DNA of 64,000 nucleotides, taken from assembly GCA_965116845.1 (NCBI GenBank), contig OZ220728.1:4920433-4984432 (forward strand), written 5' to 3'. Shown in pieces: positions 47,832 through 60,233 of this stretch. Positions within the stretch are counted from its first letter, which is position 1. Each line of letters begins with the position of its first letter. The DNA comes from Vicinamibacterales bacterium. GTDB lineage: Bacteria > Acidobacteriota > Vicinamibacteria > Vicinamibacterales > UBA8438. The notes below the pieces were generated by a model. That model worked only from the letters and a program-made list of their open reading frames with translations. It ran no database searches and had not been told where the DNA came from. Position numbers and translations under genes: made by a program.

Positions 47832-48716
47832 ATGCGGACACGCTGGGCGGGCTGCGGTCCGGCCCTCGTCACGCCGTTCACCACGAGCGGCGAGCTCGAC
47901 GAAGCGTGCGTCACGCGGCTGGCGCGGCGCCAGGTCGACGGCGGCGTCCATTTCCTCGTGCCGTGCGGCACCACGGGCGAGAGCCCGACGCTCACGCACG
48001 CGGAGAAGGTCCGCGTCGTGGAGTTGGTGGTGCAGGCGGCGGACGGCCGCGTGCCGGTGCTCGCCGGCGCCGGCGGCTACGACACGCGAGCCGCGGCGGC
48101 GCTCGCCGGCGACATGGCCCGGGCGGGCGCCGACGGGCTGCTCTCGGTGACGCCGTACTACAACAAGCCGACGCCGGAGGGGCTCTACCGCCACTACGCG
48201 GCCCTCGCCGCCGCGACCGAGTTGCCGATCGTCGTCTACAACGTGCCGAGCCGCACCGGCTGCAACGTGACCCCTCCGACGCTGCAGCGCCTGGCCGAGA
48301 TCCCCAGCGTCGTGGGCGTGAAGGAGGCGTCGGGCGACCTCGGCCAGATGTGCGAGATCTGCCGCGCGATGCCCGACGACTTCTCGGTTCTCTCCGGCGA
48401 CGACGCCTTCACCCTCGCCCTGATGGCGCTCGGCGGGACCGGCGTCGTCTCGGTGGCGGCCAACGAGGCCCCGGCCGCGATGGCGTCGCTGGTCGACCTC
48501 GCGGCGGCGGGCGACTTCGCGGCGGCCCGCCGGGTGCACGAGCGGCTGCTGCCGCTCCTGCAGGTGAACTTCGTCGAGTCGAACCCGATCCCGGTAAAGG
48601 CGGCGATGGCCGCGTTGGGCCTGCTCGAGGAGACCTACCGCCTGCCGATGGCGCCGCCTTCGGATGCGTCGCGGCGGCGGATCGTCGAGACTCTGCAGGC
48701 GCTGGACCTCCTGTGA
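47832..48716 (+). CDS. dapA: 4-hydroxy-tetrahydrodipicolinate synthase
   Basis: It has ALVTPF, VPCGTTGESPTLTHAEK, TPYYNKPT, VVYNVPSRTG and GVKEASGD, which includes the Schiff-base Lys. Confidence 0.9.
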   Translation: MRTRWAGCGPALVTPFTTSGELDEACVTRLARRQVDGGVHFLVPCGTTGESPTLTHAEKVRVVELVVQAADGRVPVLAGAGGYDTRAAAALAGDMARAGADGLLSVTPYYNKPTPEGLYRHYAALAAATELPIVVYNVPSRTGCNVTPPTLQRLAEIPSVVGVKEASGDLGQMCEICRAMPDDFSVLSGDDAFTLALMALGGTGVVSVAANEAPAAMASLVDLAAAGDFAAARRVHERLLPLLQVNFVESNPIPVKAAMAALGLLEETYRLPMAPPSDASRRRIVETLQALDLL

Positions 48717-48782
48717 ACCTGGATTCCCGCTGAACATGGACCTGCGCTGCCCCCCGAACTCCGTCGACCCACGCTCCTGACC

Positions 48783-49625
48783 ATGGACCTCGCCGAACAG
48801 ATTCGGAACCTCTACGAAAGGGCCGGAGACGCCGACCGCGACGAAGCGCGCGAGGCCTTCGCGGCGCTGCGGACGGAGCTCGCCGCGGGCCGGGTGCGGG
48901 CCGCCGAGCCGGATCCGGAGACCCCGACCGGCTGGCGGGTCAACGCGTGGGTGAAGCAGGGCATCCTGGTCGGCTTCCGCTGCGGCGACGTGGTGCCGTT
49001 CGCCTCGCCCGACGCCGCGTCGCCCTACCTCGACAAGGACACGCTGCCGCTCCGGCCGCTCTCGACCGCCTCGCGGGTGCGCCTCGTGCCCGGCGGCTCG
49101 TCCGTCCGCGACGGAGCCTTCCTGGGCCGCGGCGTCATCTGCATGCCGCCGATGTACATCAACATCGGCGCCTGGGTCGGCGACGGTAGCCTGATCGACT
49201 CGCACGCGCTCGTCGGGTCGTGCGCGCAGGTCGGGAGCGGCGTCCACGTCAGCGCCGGAGCGCAGATCGGCGGCGTCCTCGAACCGGTCGGCGCGCTGCC
49301 GGTCATCGTCGAGGACGACGCCCTCGTCGGCGGCAACACGGGGCTCTACGAGGGCGCGGTCGTGAAGCGGCGCGCGGTCATCGGCGCCGGAACGGTCCTC
49401 ACCGGGTCGACGCCGATCTACGACCTCCCCAGGGGGCGGATCATCAGGCCCGAGGCGGGCGAGCCGACCGTGGTGCCGGAGGGCGCGGTGGTCGTGCCCG
49501 GCGCGCGGGCGGTGACCGCCGGCGCCGGCCCGGGGTGGGGCCTGTCGCTCGCCACGCCGGTCATCGTCAAGTACCGCGACGAGCGGACCGACACGCGAAC
49601 GGAGCTCGAGGCGTGGATCCGCTAG
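48783..49625 (+). CDS. dapD: 2,3,4,5-tetrahydropyridine-2,6-dicarboxylate N-succinyltransferase
   Basis: It is colinear with enterobacterial DapD: NAWVKQGILVGFR, VRLVPGGSSVRDGAFL, YINIGAWVGDGSLIDSHALVGSCAQVG and the left-handed beta-helix hexapeptides. Confidence 0.88.
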   Translation: MDLAEQIRNLYERAGDADRDEAREAFAALRTELAAGRVRAAEPDPETPTGWRVNAWVKQGILVGFRCGDVVPFASPDAASPYLDKDTLPLRPLSTASRVRLVPGGSSVRDGAFLGRGVICMPPMYINIGAWVGDGSLIDSHALVGSCAQVGSGVHVSAGAQIGGVLEPVGALPVIVEDDALVGGNTGLYEGAVVKRRAVIGAGTVLTGSTPIYDLPRGRIIRPEAGEPTVVPEGAVVVPGARAVTAGAGPGWGLSLATPVIVKYRDERTDTRTELEAWIR

Positions 49626-50635
49626 CGGCGCCGGTCGTCGACCTCGCCCGCGCCCTCGTCGACATCGACTCGACCAGCGGCAACGAGGCGGAGGCGACGG
49701 ACTGGCTGGCCGCGCGGCTGCGGGCCGACGGCTACCGGGTGACCGAGCAGCCGGTGGCCGGCGACCGGGTCAACGTCATCGCCACGGTCGGTCCGGCCGA
49801 CCCCGAGGTGGTCTTCTCCACCCACATCGACTGCGTGCCGCCGTTCTTCCCGAGCCGGGTCGAGGGCGAACGCCTCTACGGCCGGGGCGCCTGCGACGCC
49901 AAGGGCATCCTCGCCGCCCAGATCACGGCGCTCGACCGGCTGCGCGCGGCCGGCGAGGAGCGCGCGGGCCTGCTGGTGGTGGTCGGCGAGGAGCACGGGA
50001 GCGCCGGCGCCCACGCCGCCAACCGCCTCGCGACGCGCTGCCGGCACCTGATCAACGGCGAGCCGACCGACAACCGCCTCGCCACCGCCACGAAGGGCGT
50101 CTACCGCGTCCGGCTGGCGGCGACGGGACGCGCCGTGCACTCCGCCTACCCCGAGCTCGGCGCCTCCGCCATCGAGCCGCTCCTCGACGCCCTGGTCGCG
50201 CTCCGGGACCTCGACCTGCCGGCCGACCCGGACCTCGGCCCCACGACCTACACCATCGGTCTCATCGCGGGCGGCGTCGCCCCCAACGTCGTGCCACCGG
50301 CGGCGGATGCGGACGTCAACTTCCGCACCGTCGGCCCTTCCGCCGACGTCCGCGCGCGCCTCGAAGCGCTGCCGGTCGAGGCCGCGGTCTCGGTCGAGGA
50401 CGTGCTGGAAGTGCCTCCCGTGCGGCTCACCACGCTCCCCGGCTTCCCCACCGCGGCGTTCAACTTCACTACCGACATCCCCTTCCTCACCACCTGGGGA
50501 CAACCGCTCCTGGTCGGCCCGGGCTCGATCCACGTCGCCCACAGCGCCGACGAGCACGTGGAGATCGGGGAGCTGGTCGCAGCCGTCGACCTCTACGAGC
50601 GGCTGGTGAGGGATCTGCTGGCGCGACAGGGTTGA
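49613..50635 (+). CDS. M20 family metallopeptidase, dapE/argE-like (probable succinyl-diaminopimelate desuccinylase)
   Basis: It has LVDIDSTSGNE, FSTHIDCVP, YGRGACDAKG and VVGEEHGS. The GTG start at 49613 overlaps the dapD end by 13 nt, and there is no in-frame ATG downstream of the dapD stop. The substrate assignment rests on genomic context only. Confidence 0.7.
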   Translation: MDPLAAPVVDLARALVDIDSTSGNEAEATDWLAARLRADGYRVTEQPVAGDRVNVIATVGPADPEVVFSTHIDCVPPFFPSRVEGERLYGRGACDAKGILAAQITALDRLRAAGEERAGLLVVVGEEHGSAGAHAANRLATRCRHLINGEPTDNRLATATKGVYRVRLAATGRAVHSAYPELGASAIEPLLDALVALRDLDLPADPDLGPTTYTIGLIAGGVAPNVVPPAADADVNFRTVGPSADVRARLEALPVEAAVSVEDVLEVPPVRLTTLPGFPTAAFNFTTDIPFLTTWGQPLLVGPGSIHVAHSADEHVEIGELVAAVDLYERLVRDLLARQG

Positions 50636-50788
50636 CCGCCACCAGGCGACACTCGGCGGAGCCGACGGATGGTCAGGCCCGTCGCAGGGGATGCCGCCAT
50701 CGAAGCCCGGGGAACCTGTCGAAGTCGGTCTTCAAGCCAGATCGTCGTGCGCATGGTATGCGGAGCATGACAGGCGTGAAACGCTGCA

Positions 50789-51983
50789 TCAATTCCGCCG
50801 CACCACCTCCGCGTCGACGATCTCCACCCGCTCGACGGGGGTCTCCCCGTTCGTAGGCACGGCTTCGATGGCCGCCACGACGTCGAGGCCCTCGACGACG
50901 ACGCCGAACGCCGTGTAGACGCCGTCGAGCTCGGACGCCGTACCGGTGACGATGAAGAACGAGGTCGAGGCGCTCGCCGGGTCGTCGAGGCGCGCCATCG
51001 AGACGATGCCGCGGACGTGCGGGGTGGCGCTGAACTCCGGCTCGAGGTTCTGCACGAAGCGCTGCTGGCGGTCGGTCAACGGATCGCGGCGCGCCGGCAG
51101 GTGGCCGCTCTGGATGACGAAGCCGGGCACGACGCGGTGGAACGCGATGCCGTCGTAGACGCCGGCGTCGACGAGGCGCAGGAAGTTGCGGACGTGGTTC
51201 GGCGCGCGGTCGGGATAGAAGTCGATGGCGATGCGCCCGTGCGTCGTCTCCAGGACCGCACGGTAGGCGGCGAGCTGGGCGTCGGACTCGGTGGTGAACG
51301 GCGGGACCTCGGGCGGCGGCTTGTCGCGGATGGTCACGGTTCTGACCACGACGCGCTCGGCGGCGCGGCCCTCGGCGTCGACCGGCGTCTCCGAGATGCG
51401 GGTGACGACGTCCATGCCGTCGGCCACCTGCCCCCAGATGGAATGCGCGCCGTCGAGACCGGGCTGGTCGACGACGCAGATGAAGAACTGCGAGCCGCCG
51501 CTGTCGGGCTGCCCGGGGATGACGACGGCGGAAACCGCGCCCCGGACGTGGCGTGCGTCGCCGAGCTCGGCCGCCACGAGGCCGAGCCCGCCGCGCCCGT
51601 AGTCGGGGGCCCGGTCCGGATCGGCGGTGATGGGGTCGCCGCCCTGCACGATGCCGTGGCGCACCATCCGGTGGAAGGTGGTGCCGTCGAACGCTCCGTC
51701 CGCCGCGAGCTGCATCACGAGGCCGACGTGGTTGGGGGCGAGGTCGGGTCTCAGATCGATCGCGATCGCGCCGAAGTCGGTAGTGAGCACGGCCTGCTTG
51801 CCGGTCATCTCCTCGACCGTCAACGGGGTGACGAACGGTTCGCGGTCCTGCGCGGACGCGCACGGCGCGACGGCGAGCCAGACGAGCAGGCCGGCCGCGA
51901 CGGTGGCAACGGATCGCAGGGGAACGGATCGCACGGGAGCACCTCGCAGTGGCCGGAGACGCAGTGACCGTAGAATTAGGACC

Positions 51984-51985
<2 letters not shown>
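50789..51985 (-). CDS. Secreted tandem-domain cyclophilin-type peptidylprolyl isomerase
   Basis: Start ATG at 51985. The protein has a signal-like N-terminus and two cyclophilin repeats (FHRMVRHGIVQGGDP...SQFFICV and FHRVVPGFVIQSG...TSFFIVT). Confidence 0.85.
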
Positions 51986-52792
<807 letters not shown>

Positions 52793-52796
<4 letters not shown>

Positions 52797-53383
52797 CGGC
52801 GGGCGGTCCCGTGACGAAGACACGCTGCGCCTGGGGCGCCTCGCACCCGCTCTACGTCCCGTACCACGACACCGAGTGGGGCGTGCCCCTGCACGACGAC
52901 CGGCGCATCTTCGAGATGCTCGTGCTCGAGGGAGCGCAGGCCGGACTGAGCTGGCTGACGATCCTCAAGAAGCGCGACGCCTACCGGCGCGCCTTCGACC
53001 GCTTCGACCCACGGCGGGTGGCGCGCTACGGCGAAGCGCGCATCGCGCGGCTGCTCGCCGACGAGGGCATCATCCGCAACCGGCTGAAGGTCCGCTCTGC
53101 GGTGACGAACGCCCAGGCCTTCCTGGCGGTCCAGGAGGAGTTCGGGACGTTCGACCGCTACGTCTGGCAGTTCGTCGGCGGCCGCCCGCAGCAGAACGCC
53201 TGGCGTACGCTGGAGGAAGTGCCCGCGCACACGGCGGAATCGGACGCAATGAGCCGGGACCTCCGGTCGCGCGGTTTCAAGTTCGTCGGCTCGACCATCT
53301 GCTACGCCCACATGCAGGCGACCGGCATGGTCAACGACCACCTGGTCGACTGCTTCCGCCACCGCGAGGTGCAACGGGGTTGA
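52793..53383 (+). CDS. tag: DNA-3-methyladenine glycosylase I
   Basis: It has RCAWGASHPLYVPYHDTEWGVPLHDDRRIFEMLVLEGAQAGLSWLTILKKR and a C-terminal FVGSTICYAHMQATGMVNDH. The GTG at 52793 overlaps the upstream stop (GTGA); an alternative GTG is at 52811. Confidence 0.85.
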
Positions 53384-53414
53384 CCGCGGGCGCGACTCGA
53401 CTACACTGAGCCCG

Positions 53415-55448
53415 ATGCCCGCGCCCCGCCGACCCCGGCTCGCGGGCGCACCGGCAGCCGCCGGCGCGCTGGCTGCCGCCGGCGGTCTGGCCGCCGCCAC
53501 GCTTCTCGTCGCCGCCGGCGTCGTGCCGCTCGCCGGTCCTGCACCCGGCTCCCCCGCCGCGGCCGCGGCGCGCATCGACGCCATCTTCGCCCCCTGGGCG
53601 GCGCCCGACGCGCCGGGTTGCGCGGTGTCGGTGATGGAAGGCGGAGAGATCGTCTTCGCCAAGGGCTACGGCGCCGCCAACCTCGAGTACGACGTCCCGA
53701 TCACACCGGCCAGCGTCTTCCACGTCGCCTCGGTCTCGAAGCAGTTCACGGCGCTGGCGGTGGCGCTGCTCGCCGACGAGGAGCGGCTCTCCTGGGACGA
53801 TGACATCCGGCGCCACGTGCCGGAGCTTCCGGACTACGGAGTGCCGATCACGCTCCGCCACCTGGCGCAGCACACGAGCGGGATCCGCGACCAGTGGAGC
53901 CTGCTGCAGATGGCGGGCTGGCGCTGGGGCGGCGACGTGATCACGCAGAGCGACGTGCTCGACCTCCTCTCGCGCCAGTCGGCGCTCCACTTCCGGCCGG
54001 GCACGGAACACCTCTACAGCAACTCCGGCTACACGCTGCTCGCCGCCGCGGTCGAGCGCGTGTCGGGGCAGTCGCTGCGGGCGTTCACGGACGAGCGCGT
54101 GTTCGGGCCGCTGGGGATGACGCGCACCACGTTCCGCGACGACCACACCCTGCTGATTCGCGACCGCGCCTACGCCTACGAGGCGAACGGCGCGGGCGGC
54201 TACCGGCTGAGCATCCCGGACTTCGCGGTCGTGGGCGCGAGCAGCCTCTTCACCACGGTCGAGGACCTCGCGCGCTGGAACGGCAACTTCCGGGCCGGCG
54301 AGGTCGGCGGCCGGGACGTCGTGCGGCAACTGCAGGAGATGACGACGCTGGCCGGCGGCGCACAGGTGGGCTACGCGTTCGGACTGGTGCACGGCTCGCA
54401 CCGCGGCCGCCGGACGGTGGGGCACGGCGGCACCGACGCCGGCTACCGCAGCGAGTTCCTGCGCTTCCCCATCGAGGATCTGGCGGTTGCCGTGCTCTGC
54501 AACATCCGCTCGACCGATCCGGCACGATTGGCGCGCGACGTCGCCGACGCCGTGCTCCCGGCGCAACGCGCCGGCGGTCGGGACGCGCCGGAGCGCTCCG
54601 ATCGACCGGACCGGACGGCGCAGAGCCCACGGGACCGCTTCACCTCGCCCCCCGGCGCCGCCCCTGCCGCCAATGCGGGTCCGGCGGCCGGCGCGGACGC
54701 GACCGCCGGCCGCTCCGCCCCGCCGACCCGCGAGGAGCTCGCCCCGCTGGCCGGCTACTACACGAGCGCCGAGAGCGACATCCCGCTGCACCTCGTGCTG
54801 CGGGGCAACGACCTCGCCCTGCTCGCCGGCGGGCGCGGACAGCGGTTGCTGCCGCTCGGCGGCCTGCGGTTTCGCCTCGCCGGCACGACCACCGAGATCG
54901 AGATCGCGCCCGGCCGCACCGCCCGCGACCGCGCCGGCAACGGCGTTGCCGGCCGCGAGCGGGCCGAAGGCAACCGCGCCGGAGGCAACCGCGCCGGAGG
55001 CGGCCGCGCCGGGGGCGGCCGCGCCGGGGGTGGACCGACGCTTCGCCTCACGGGATGGCGACCGCTGACGTACAACCACGCGGCACCGGTCCGCCCCTCT
55101 CCCGATCGGCTGGCGGAGTACGCCGGCATCTACCACAGTGCGGATCTCGGCGTGTCGTACCGCCTGCGCGCGGAGGGCCGTCGCCTCACCCTCCGGCACC
55201 GCAAGCTCGGCGAGATCCGCCTGACGCCGACCTTCGACGACGGGTTCTACGGTGGAGGGTGGTACCTGACCTTCGGCCGCGACCCCGCCGGAGCGGTCGC
55301 CGGCTTCACGATGAGCTCGCAGCGCGCGCGGCAGGTCCGCTTCCGGCTCCGGGCCGCGACGGCTGCGCCATCGGAGGCGGTGGAACCGTGGCCGGGCGCT
55401 TGCAGCGAGCCGGCCCCTCCCGTACCCTGCGCGTCCGGCCGTCCGTAG
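53415..55448 (+). CDS. Beta-lactamase-related serine hydrolase with long C-terminal extension
   Basis: It has the SxxK motif SVSK in the context FHVASVSKQFTALAV, plus YSNSGYTLL and HGGTDAGY. The C-terminal ~250 aa include a Gly/Arg/Ala pentapeptide repeat. Confidence 0.8.
   Translation: MPAPRRPRLAGAPAAAGALAAAGGLAAATLLVAAGVVPLAGPAPGSPAAAAARIDAIFAPWAAPDAPGCAVSVMEGGEIVFAKGYGAANLEYDVPITPASVFHVASVSKQFTALAVALLADEERLSWDDDIRRHVPELPDYGVPITLRHLAQHTSGIRDQWSLLQMAGWRWGGDVITQSDVLDLLSRQSALHFRPGTEHLYSNSGYTLLAAAVERVSGQSLRAFTDERVFGPLGMTRTTFRDDHTLLIRDRAYAYEANGAGGYRLSIPDFAVVGASSLFTTVEDLARWNGNFRAGEVGGRDVVRQLQEMTTLAGGAQVGYAFGLVHGSHRGRRTVGHGGTDAGYRSEFLRFPIEDLAVAVLCNIRSTDPARLARDVADAVLPAQRAGGRDAPERSDRPDRTAQSPRDRFTSPPGAAPAANAGPAAGADATAGRSAPPTREELAPLAGYYTSAESDIPLHLVLRGNDLALLAGGRGQRLLPLGGLRFRLAGTTTEIEIAPGRTARDRAGNGVAGRERAEGNRAGGNRAGGGRAGGGRAGGGPTLRLTGWRPLTYNHAAPVRPSPDRLAEYAGIYHSADLGVSYRLRAEGRRLTLRHRKLGEIRLTPTFDDGFYGGGWYLTFGRDPAGAVAGFTMSSQRARQVRFRLRAATAAPSEAVEPWPGACSEPAPPVPCASGRP
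54969..55028 (+). repeat. 15-nt tandem repeat x4 (encodes GNRAG-GNRAG-GGRAG-GGRAG)
   Basis: The units are ggcaaccgcgccgga x2 followed by ggcggccgcgccggg x2, in frame within the hydrolase extension. Confidence 0.85.
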
Positions 55449-55502
55449 GCGCCGACCTTCGAGCGTCGCCGCCTTCGAAGGCACGTCGACAAGGAGCCTG
55501 CC

Positions 55503-57248
55503 ATGACCACGAATCGCCGCCGTTGCACGTCCTTCGCGCTCCTGCTCCTCCTCGCGGCGGGAACGGCCGGCGCCCAGGACGGCAGCTTCACGCCGGTCAC
55601 GGATGCGATGCTGCAGGATCCGGATCCGGCCGACTGGCCGATGTGGCGGCGCACGCTCGACGGCTGGGGCTACAGCCCCCTGGACCAGATCGACCGCGCG
55701 AACGTCGGCGCGCTGCGCATGGTCTGGTCCCGCGGCATGACGGAAGGCGCCCAGCAGGGGACGCCGCTCGTCTACGACGGCGTGCTGTACATGCCCAACC
55801 CGCGCGACGTCATCCAGGCCATCGACGCGGTCACGGGCGACCTCATCTGGGAGTACCGCCGGGACCGCCCCGACGATCTCGAGGAGCACGTACCGATCTC
55901 CTCCGCCAACCGCAACATCGCCATCTACGGCGACACCATCATCGACACGAGCTCCGACGACCACGTCTTCGCCCTCGACGCCGCGACGGGCCGGTTGGTG
56001 TGGGAGACCCAGATCCTCGACTACCGGGTAAACCCCGCCCACCAGACGTCGGGCCCGATCATCGCCGACGGGAAGGTCGTCTCCGGTCGGGGCTGCATGC
56101 CGCGCGGGGGGCCGGAGGCGTGCGTCATCACCGCGCACGATGCGGGGACCGGCGATGAGCTGTGGCGCCGGGGACTGATCCCCGCCCCCGGCGAGCCGGG
56201 AGACGAGACGTGGGGCGACGTGCCCTACGAGCGACGGGCGCACGTCGGATCGTGGATGGTTCCCAGCTACGACCCGGACCTCGACCTCGTCTACGTGGGT
56301 ACCTCCGTCACCTCACCGGCCCCGAAGTTCATGCTCGGGGGCGTCGACCTCGCGCACCTCTACCACAACTCGACACTGGCGCTCGCCGCCGACACCGGCG
56401 AAATCGTCTGGTACTACCAGCACATGAACGACCACTGGGACCTCGATCACCCGTTCGAGCGAATCCTGGTCGACACCGCAGTAGCACCGGACGCGGCGGC
56501 CGTGAGCTGGATCAATCCCCGGCTCCGGCCCGGGGAGCGGCGGCGCGTCGTGACCGGGATTCCCGGGAAGACGGGCGTCGTCTACACGCTCGACCGGGCC
56601 ACGGGCGAGTTCCTGTGGGCCACCCCGACCATCTCGCAGAACGTGATCAGCAGCATCGACGGCGCCACGGGAGACGTGGCGGAGAACACGGAGCTCGTCT
56701 TCACGGCCAGCGGGCAGGAGGTGCTGGCCTGCCCGCACGCGAGCGGCGGCAAGGACTGGGAGGCAGGCGCCTACAGCCCCCTGACCAACACCCTGTACAT
56801 GCCGCTCCGCAACGTCTGTGCGCGGATGCTCGCGTCGACCGCGGGCGCCGAGGACGACATCAGCAACGCGCTCTACGCGCTGCTGTGGCGCAGCCAGATC
56901 ACGCCGGGGACCGACCAGGTCGGCGCGGTGCACGCGATCTCCGTCGAGACCGGCGCGATTACCTGGAAGCACGAGCAGCGGGCCGCGACCATGTCGCTCG
57001 TAGCCACGGGCGGGGGGCTCGTCTTCGGAGGCGACGTCAACGGCCGCTTCCGGGCCCTCGACCAGGAGACCGGCGAGGTGCTGTGGGAGATCAACCTCGG
57101 CTCGCCGGTCAGCGGCTTCCCGATCGCCTACGCCGTCGACGGGCGGCAGTACATCGCCGTGAGCACGGGGACGCCGCGCTTCCTCGACCTGACGCCCGAG
57201 CTGCGGCCCAGCTTCGGGAACAACCTGTTCGTATTCGCTCTGCCTTAA
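55503..57248 (+). CDS. PQQ-dependent dehydrogenase (quinoprotein alcohol/glucose dehydrogenase-like 8-bladed propeller)
   Basis: It has a signal peptide, then LQDPDPADWPMWRRTLDGWGYSPLDQI, the typical quinoprotein N-terminus. It also has GTPLVYDGVLYM, GDLIWEY, GRLVWET and GEVLWEINLGSPVSGFPIAY. Confidence 0.85.
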   Translation: MTTNRRRCTSFALLLLLAAGTAGAQDGSFTPVTDAMLQDPDPADWPMWRRTLDGWGYSPLDQIDRANVGALRMVWSRGMTEGAQQGTPLVYDGVLYMPNPRDVIQAIDAVTGDLIWEYRRDRPDDLEEHVPISSANRNIAIYGDTIIDTSSDDHVFALDAATGRLVWETQILDYRVNPAHQTSGPIIADGKVVSGRGCMPRGGPEACVITAHDAGTGDELWRRGLIPAPGEPGDETWGDVPYERRAHVGSWMVPSYDPDLDLVYVGTSVTSPAPKFMLGGVDLAHLYHNSTLALAADTGEIVWYYQHMNDHWDLDHPFERILVDTAVAPDAAAVSWINPRLRPGERRRVVTGIPGKTGVVYTLDRATGEFLWATPTISQNVISSIDGATGDVAENTELVFTASGQEVLACPHASGGKDWEAGAYSPLTNTLYMPLRNVCARMLASTAGAEDDISNALYALLWRSQITPGTDQVGAVHAISVETGAITWKHEQRAATMSLVATGGGLVFGGDVNGRFRALDQETGEVLWEINLGSPVSGFPIAYAVDGRQYIAVSTGTPRFLDLTPELRPSFGNNLFVFALP

Positions 57249-57391
57249 CAACCAATAGCAGCCCACCAACGTCCGCGGGCGTGCGGTTAAGACCATAAAC
57301 TACTGACCAGTAATCGTTTATGATTCGTCGGCGCAGGCTAAGCGGGTCAGGACGTGTTGCGGAATCCAGCCCAATCCCGTATGTAAGGGGG

Positions 57392-57799
57392 ATGTATGCT
57401 GTAGTCAAGACCGCCCCCTCACCCCGGAGAAGCGCCGAGGACGCCACCCCCGAGAAGGCCCTCTCGGCCGCCTTCGTCCGTTTCGCGCCGCCCGGACGCC
57501 ACGCGGACGGCAACGGGTTGTACCTGTTCGTCCAGCCCTCCGGGACGCGAAGCTGGATCCAGCGGCTCGTCATCCGCGGCCGGCGCCGAGAACTCGGGCT
57601 CGGCGCCGCCACGCGTTCGATACCCACGCCATCGCTCGCACGCCGACAACCGCGAAGCGCAGGTCCGAACAGGCTGCCGCCGATGCCGGCTGGCCGGCCG
57701 CCGAGCGCAGCGAATACCACGCTTGGCGTGCTCGACCTCACGGAGCGCGCTGTCGCTGTTGGCGCACGGGTTGTCGTGGCGCTTCGACCGCTCGGCTGA
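57392..57799 (+). pseudogene. Truncated P4-type tyrosine integrase (Arm/DUF4102 domain only)
   Basis: GRHADGNGLYLFVQPSGTRSWIQRLVIRGRRRELGLG matches the N-terminal Arm DNA-binding domain of P4-like integrases. The frame stops at 57799, and there is no room for a catalytic domain before the next gene. Confidence 0.6.
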
Positions 57800-57933
57800 C
57801 CTAGAGGCGCCGTTCCCATGTCCGGTTCCTGCACGCTCGGCGGCGGCGAGGCGCTCCAGAATCTCCGCCGATCGCTCCCTGACCAAGAGACGATTCGCGC
57901 GGGGTCGGACAGGCCAGTGGGGATGTCTTCACC

Positions 57934-58772
<839 letters not shown>

Positions 58773-58776
<4 letters not shown>

Positions 58777-60233
58777 AGCGGTCTCCTGCCGATCGGGTCG
58801 GGTCGCATGTCTCCGCACAGGTCACTGCCGCATGGGTTTCTCTGGACGCTGAGTATCGCGCCGGCGAACTCGCCGACTCACTGCGGGGTCAGGACCGCGC
58901 GTTTCTCGGCGCGATGCGGGAATTGCAGGTCGTCCGGGATTTCGTGGGATCGCCCGGAAACATCCTCGGCAGCACGGACACCAAGCATGGCGAAATCGCC
59001 GAGCAGGTCCACGTAGGTGTGAACCGTGCGCGAGACGTGCTCTACGGGAGGGATCCGGCGGCCACGTTCGACCGGGTTTCGCGCACCGGGCCGGTGGACT
59101 ACCGAGTGGCCGACGTGGACATTCAGTCCAAGTACTACAACGGTCTGCGAAGTACCCTGGACGGTGTTGCAGCCCACGCGGACAAGTACCTGAGCTTCGC
59201 CAGCGAGCGCGGTCGCTACCACATTCCGGCTGACCAGCACCAACAGTTGGAGGAGCTTCGCAGGACGGGCAGCATCGAGGGTCTGTCCGGCCGGAGCGCT
59301 GCCGCGATCGAGCGTCGAGTCGAGGGTCTGGAACGGGCGACGGGTCGCTCGGCCAACGACCTGATCGAGCCGGCCGACGCCGACTACGCTGAGGTTCAGC
59401 GGGGGCGGGTTCACGACACGCTTCAGGACCGTGAGGACGGACTAGCTCGGGAGAAAGACGATCTGCGGCAGGCGGCGCGGGCGGGACACGGCCCGTCCCT
59501 GGCCGGACTGGGCACGGCCGCCGCATTCGGGGCGGCGGCTGGTGGCGGCGTTGGCTTGGCGCAGGCGATCTGGGTGAAGTGCCGCGAGGGCAGGAACCCG
59601 TTTCGAGGAGAATTCTCGATCCAGGACTGGCAGGACGTCGGCGTCGTGGCGGCGCAGGGTACGAGCGGCGGCGCAGTCGCCGGAAGCGCCGTCTACGTCC
59701 TCACCAACTCCACGGCATTGGCGGCGCCGTTCGCCGGCTCACTGGTCAGCGCCCTGATGGGCGTCGGAGCGCTCTTGAGGGACCATCACGCTGGAACGAT
59801 CGATGGCGATCAGTTCGTCGAGATGGCGCACATCGTAGCCATGGATGCCGCCATCGCTGGACTGGCGATCGCGGCCGGCCAGACGCTCGTCCCGATCCCG
59901 ATGCTCGGCGCTCTACTCGGGAGCCTTGCCGGGAGACTGGTCGCGTCAGCTCTTGGGGACGGCCTCGGAGAATCGGCGTCCGCATTGGCCGCAAGGCTCG
60001 CCGAGTACGAGCGGGACGCCTTTGGGCAGCTCGACGAGGAGTACCGAGCCGTCGTGCTACGGTTGGACGCTTGGTTCGGCAACCTGGAGCACTTGGCTGC
60101 AACCGCCTTCGATCCGGAGACGAACACCACCCTCCGGCTGAAGGCCAGCATCCGAGTCGCAGGCACCCTGGGCGTCCGCGAGGATCGCATTCTTCGTACA
60201 ACCGGCGATCTTGACGCGTTCATGCGGGAGTGA
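58773..60233 (+). CDS. Hypothetical protein B: ~230-aa soluble N-domain + Gly/Ala-rich multi-helix membrane region + helical C-terminus (486 aa)
   Basis: The GTG is preceded by GGAAGGAGG (58757-58765) and overlaps the stop of A (GTGA). Conserved-looking blocks are TKHGEIAEQVHVG, GPVDYRVADVDIQSKYY and RYHIPADQHQQL. No family recognised. Confidence 0.65.

Noticed and set aside
53331-56243. 970-aa minus-strand ORF, with plus-strand alternative-frame ORFs at 53894-56158 and 56162-57298
   Set aside because: They overlap the well-supported serine hydrolase and PQQ dehydrogenase frames and show junk composition.
57249-57400. Expected tRNA or att site next to the P4-type integrase remnant
   Set aside because: I scanned the ~150 nt between the dehydrogenase stop and the integrase fragment, and also the right border. 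I saw no tRNA-like acceptor or T-arm sequence.
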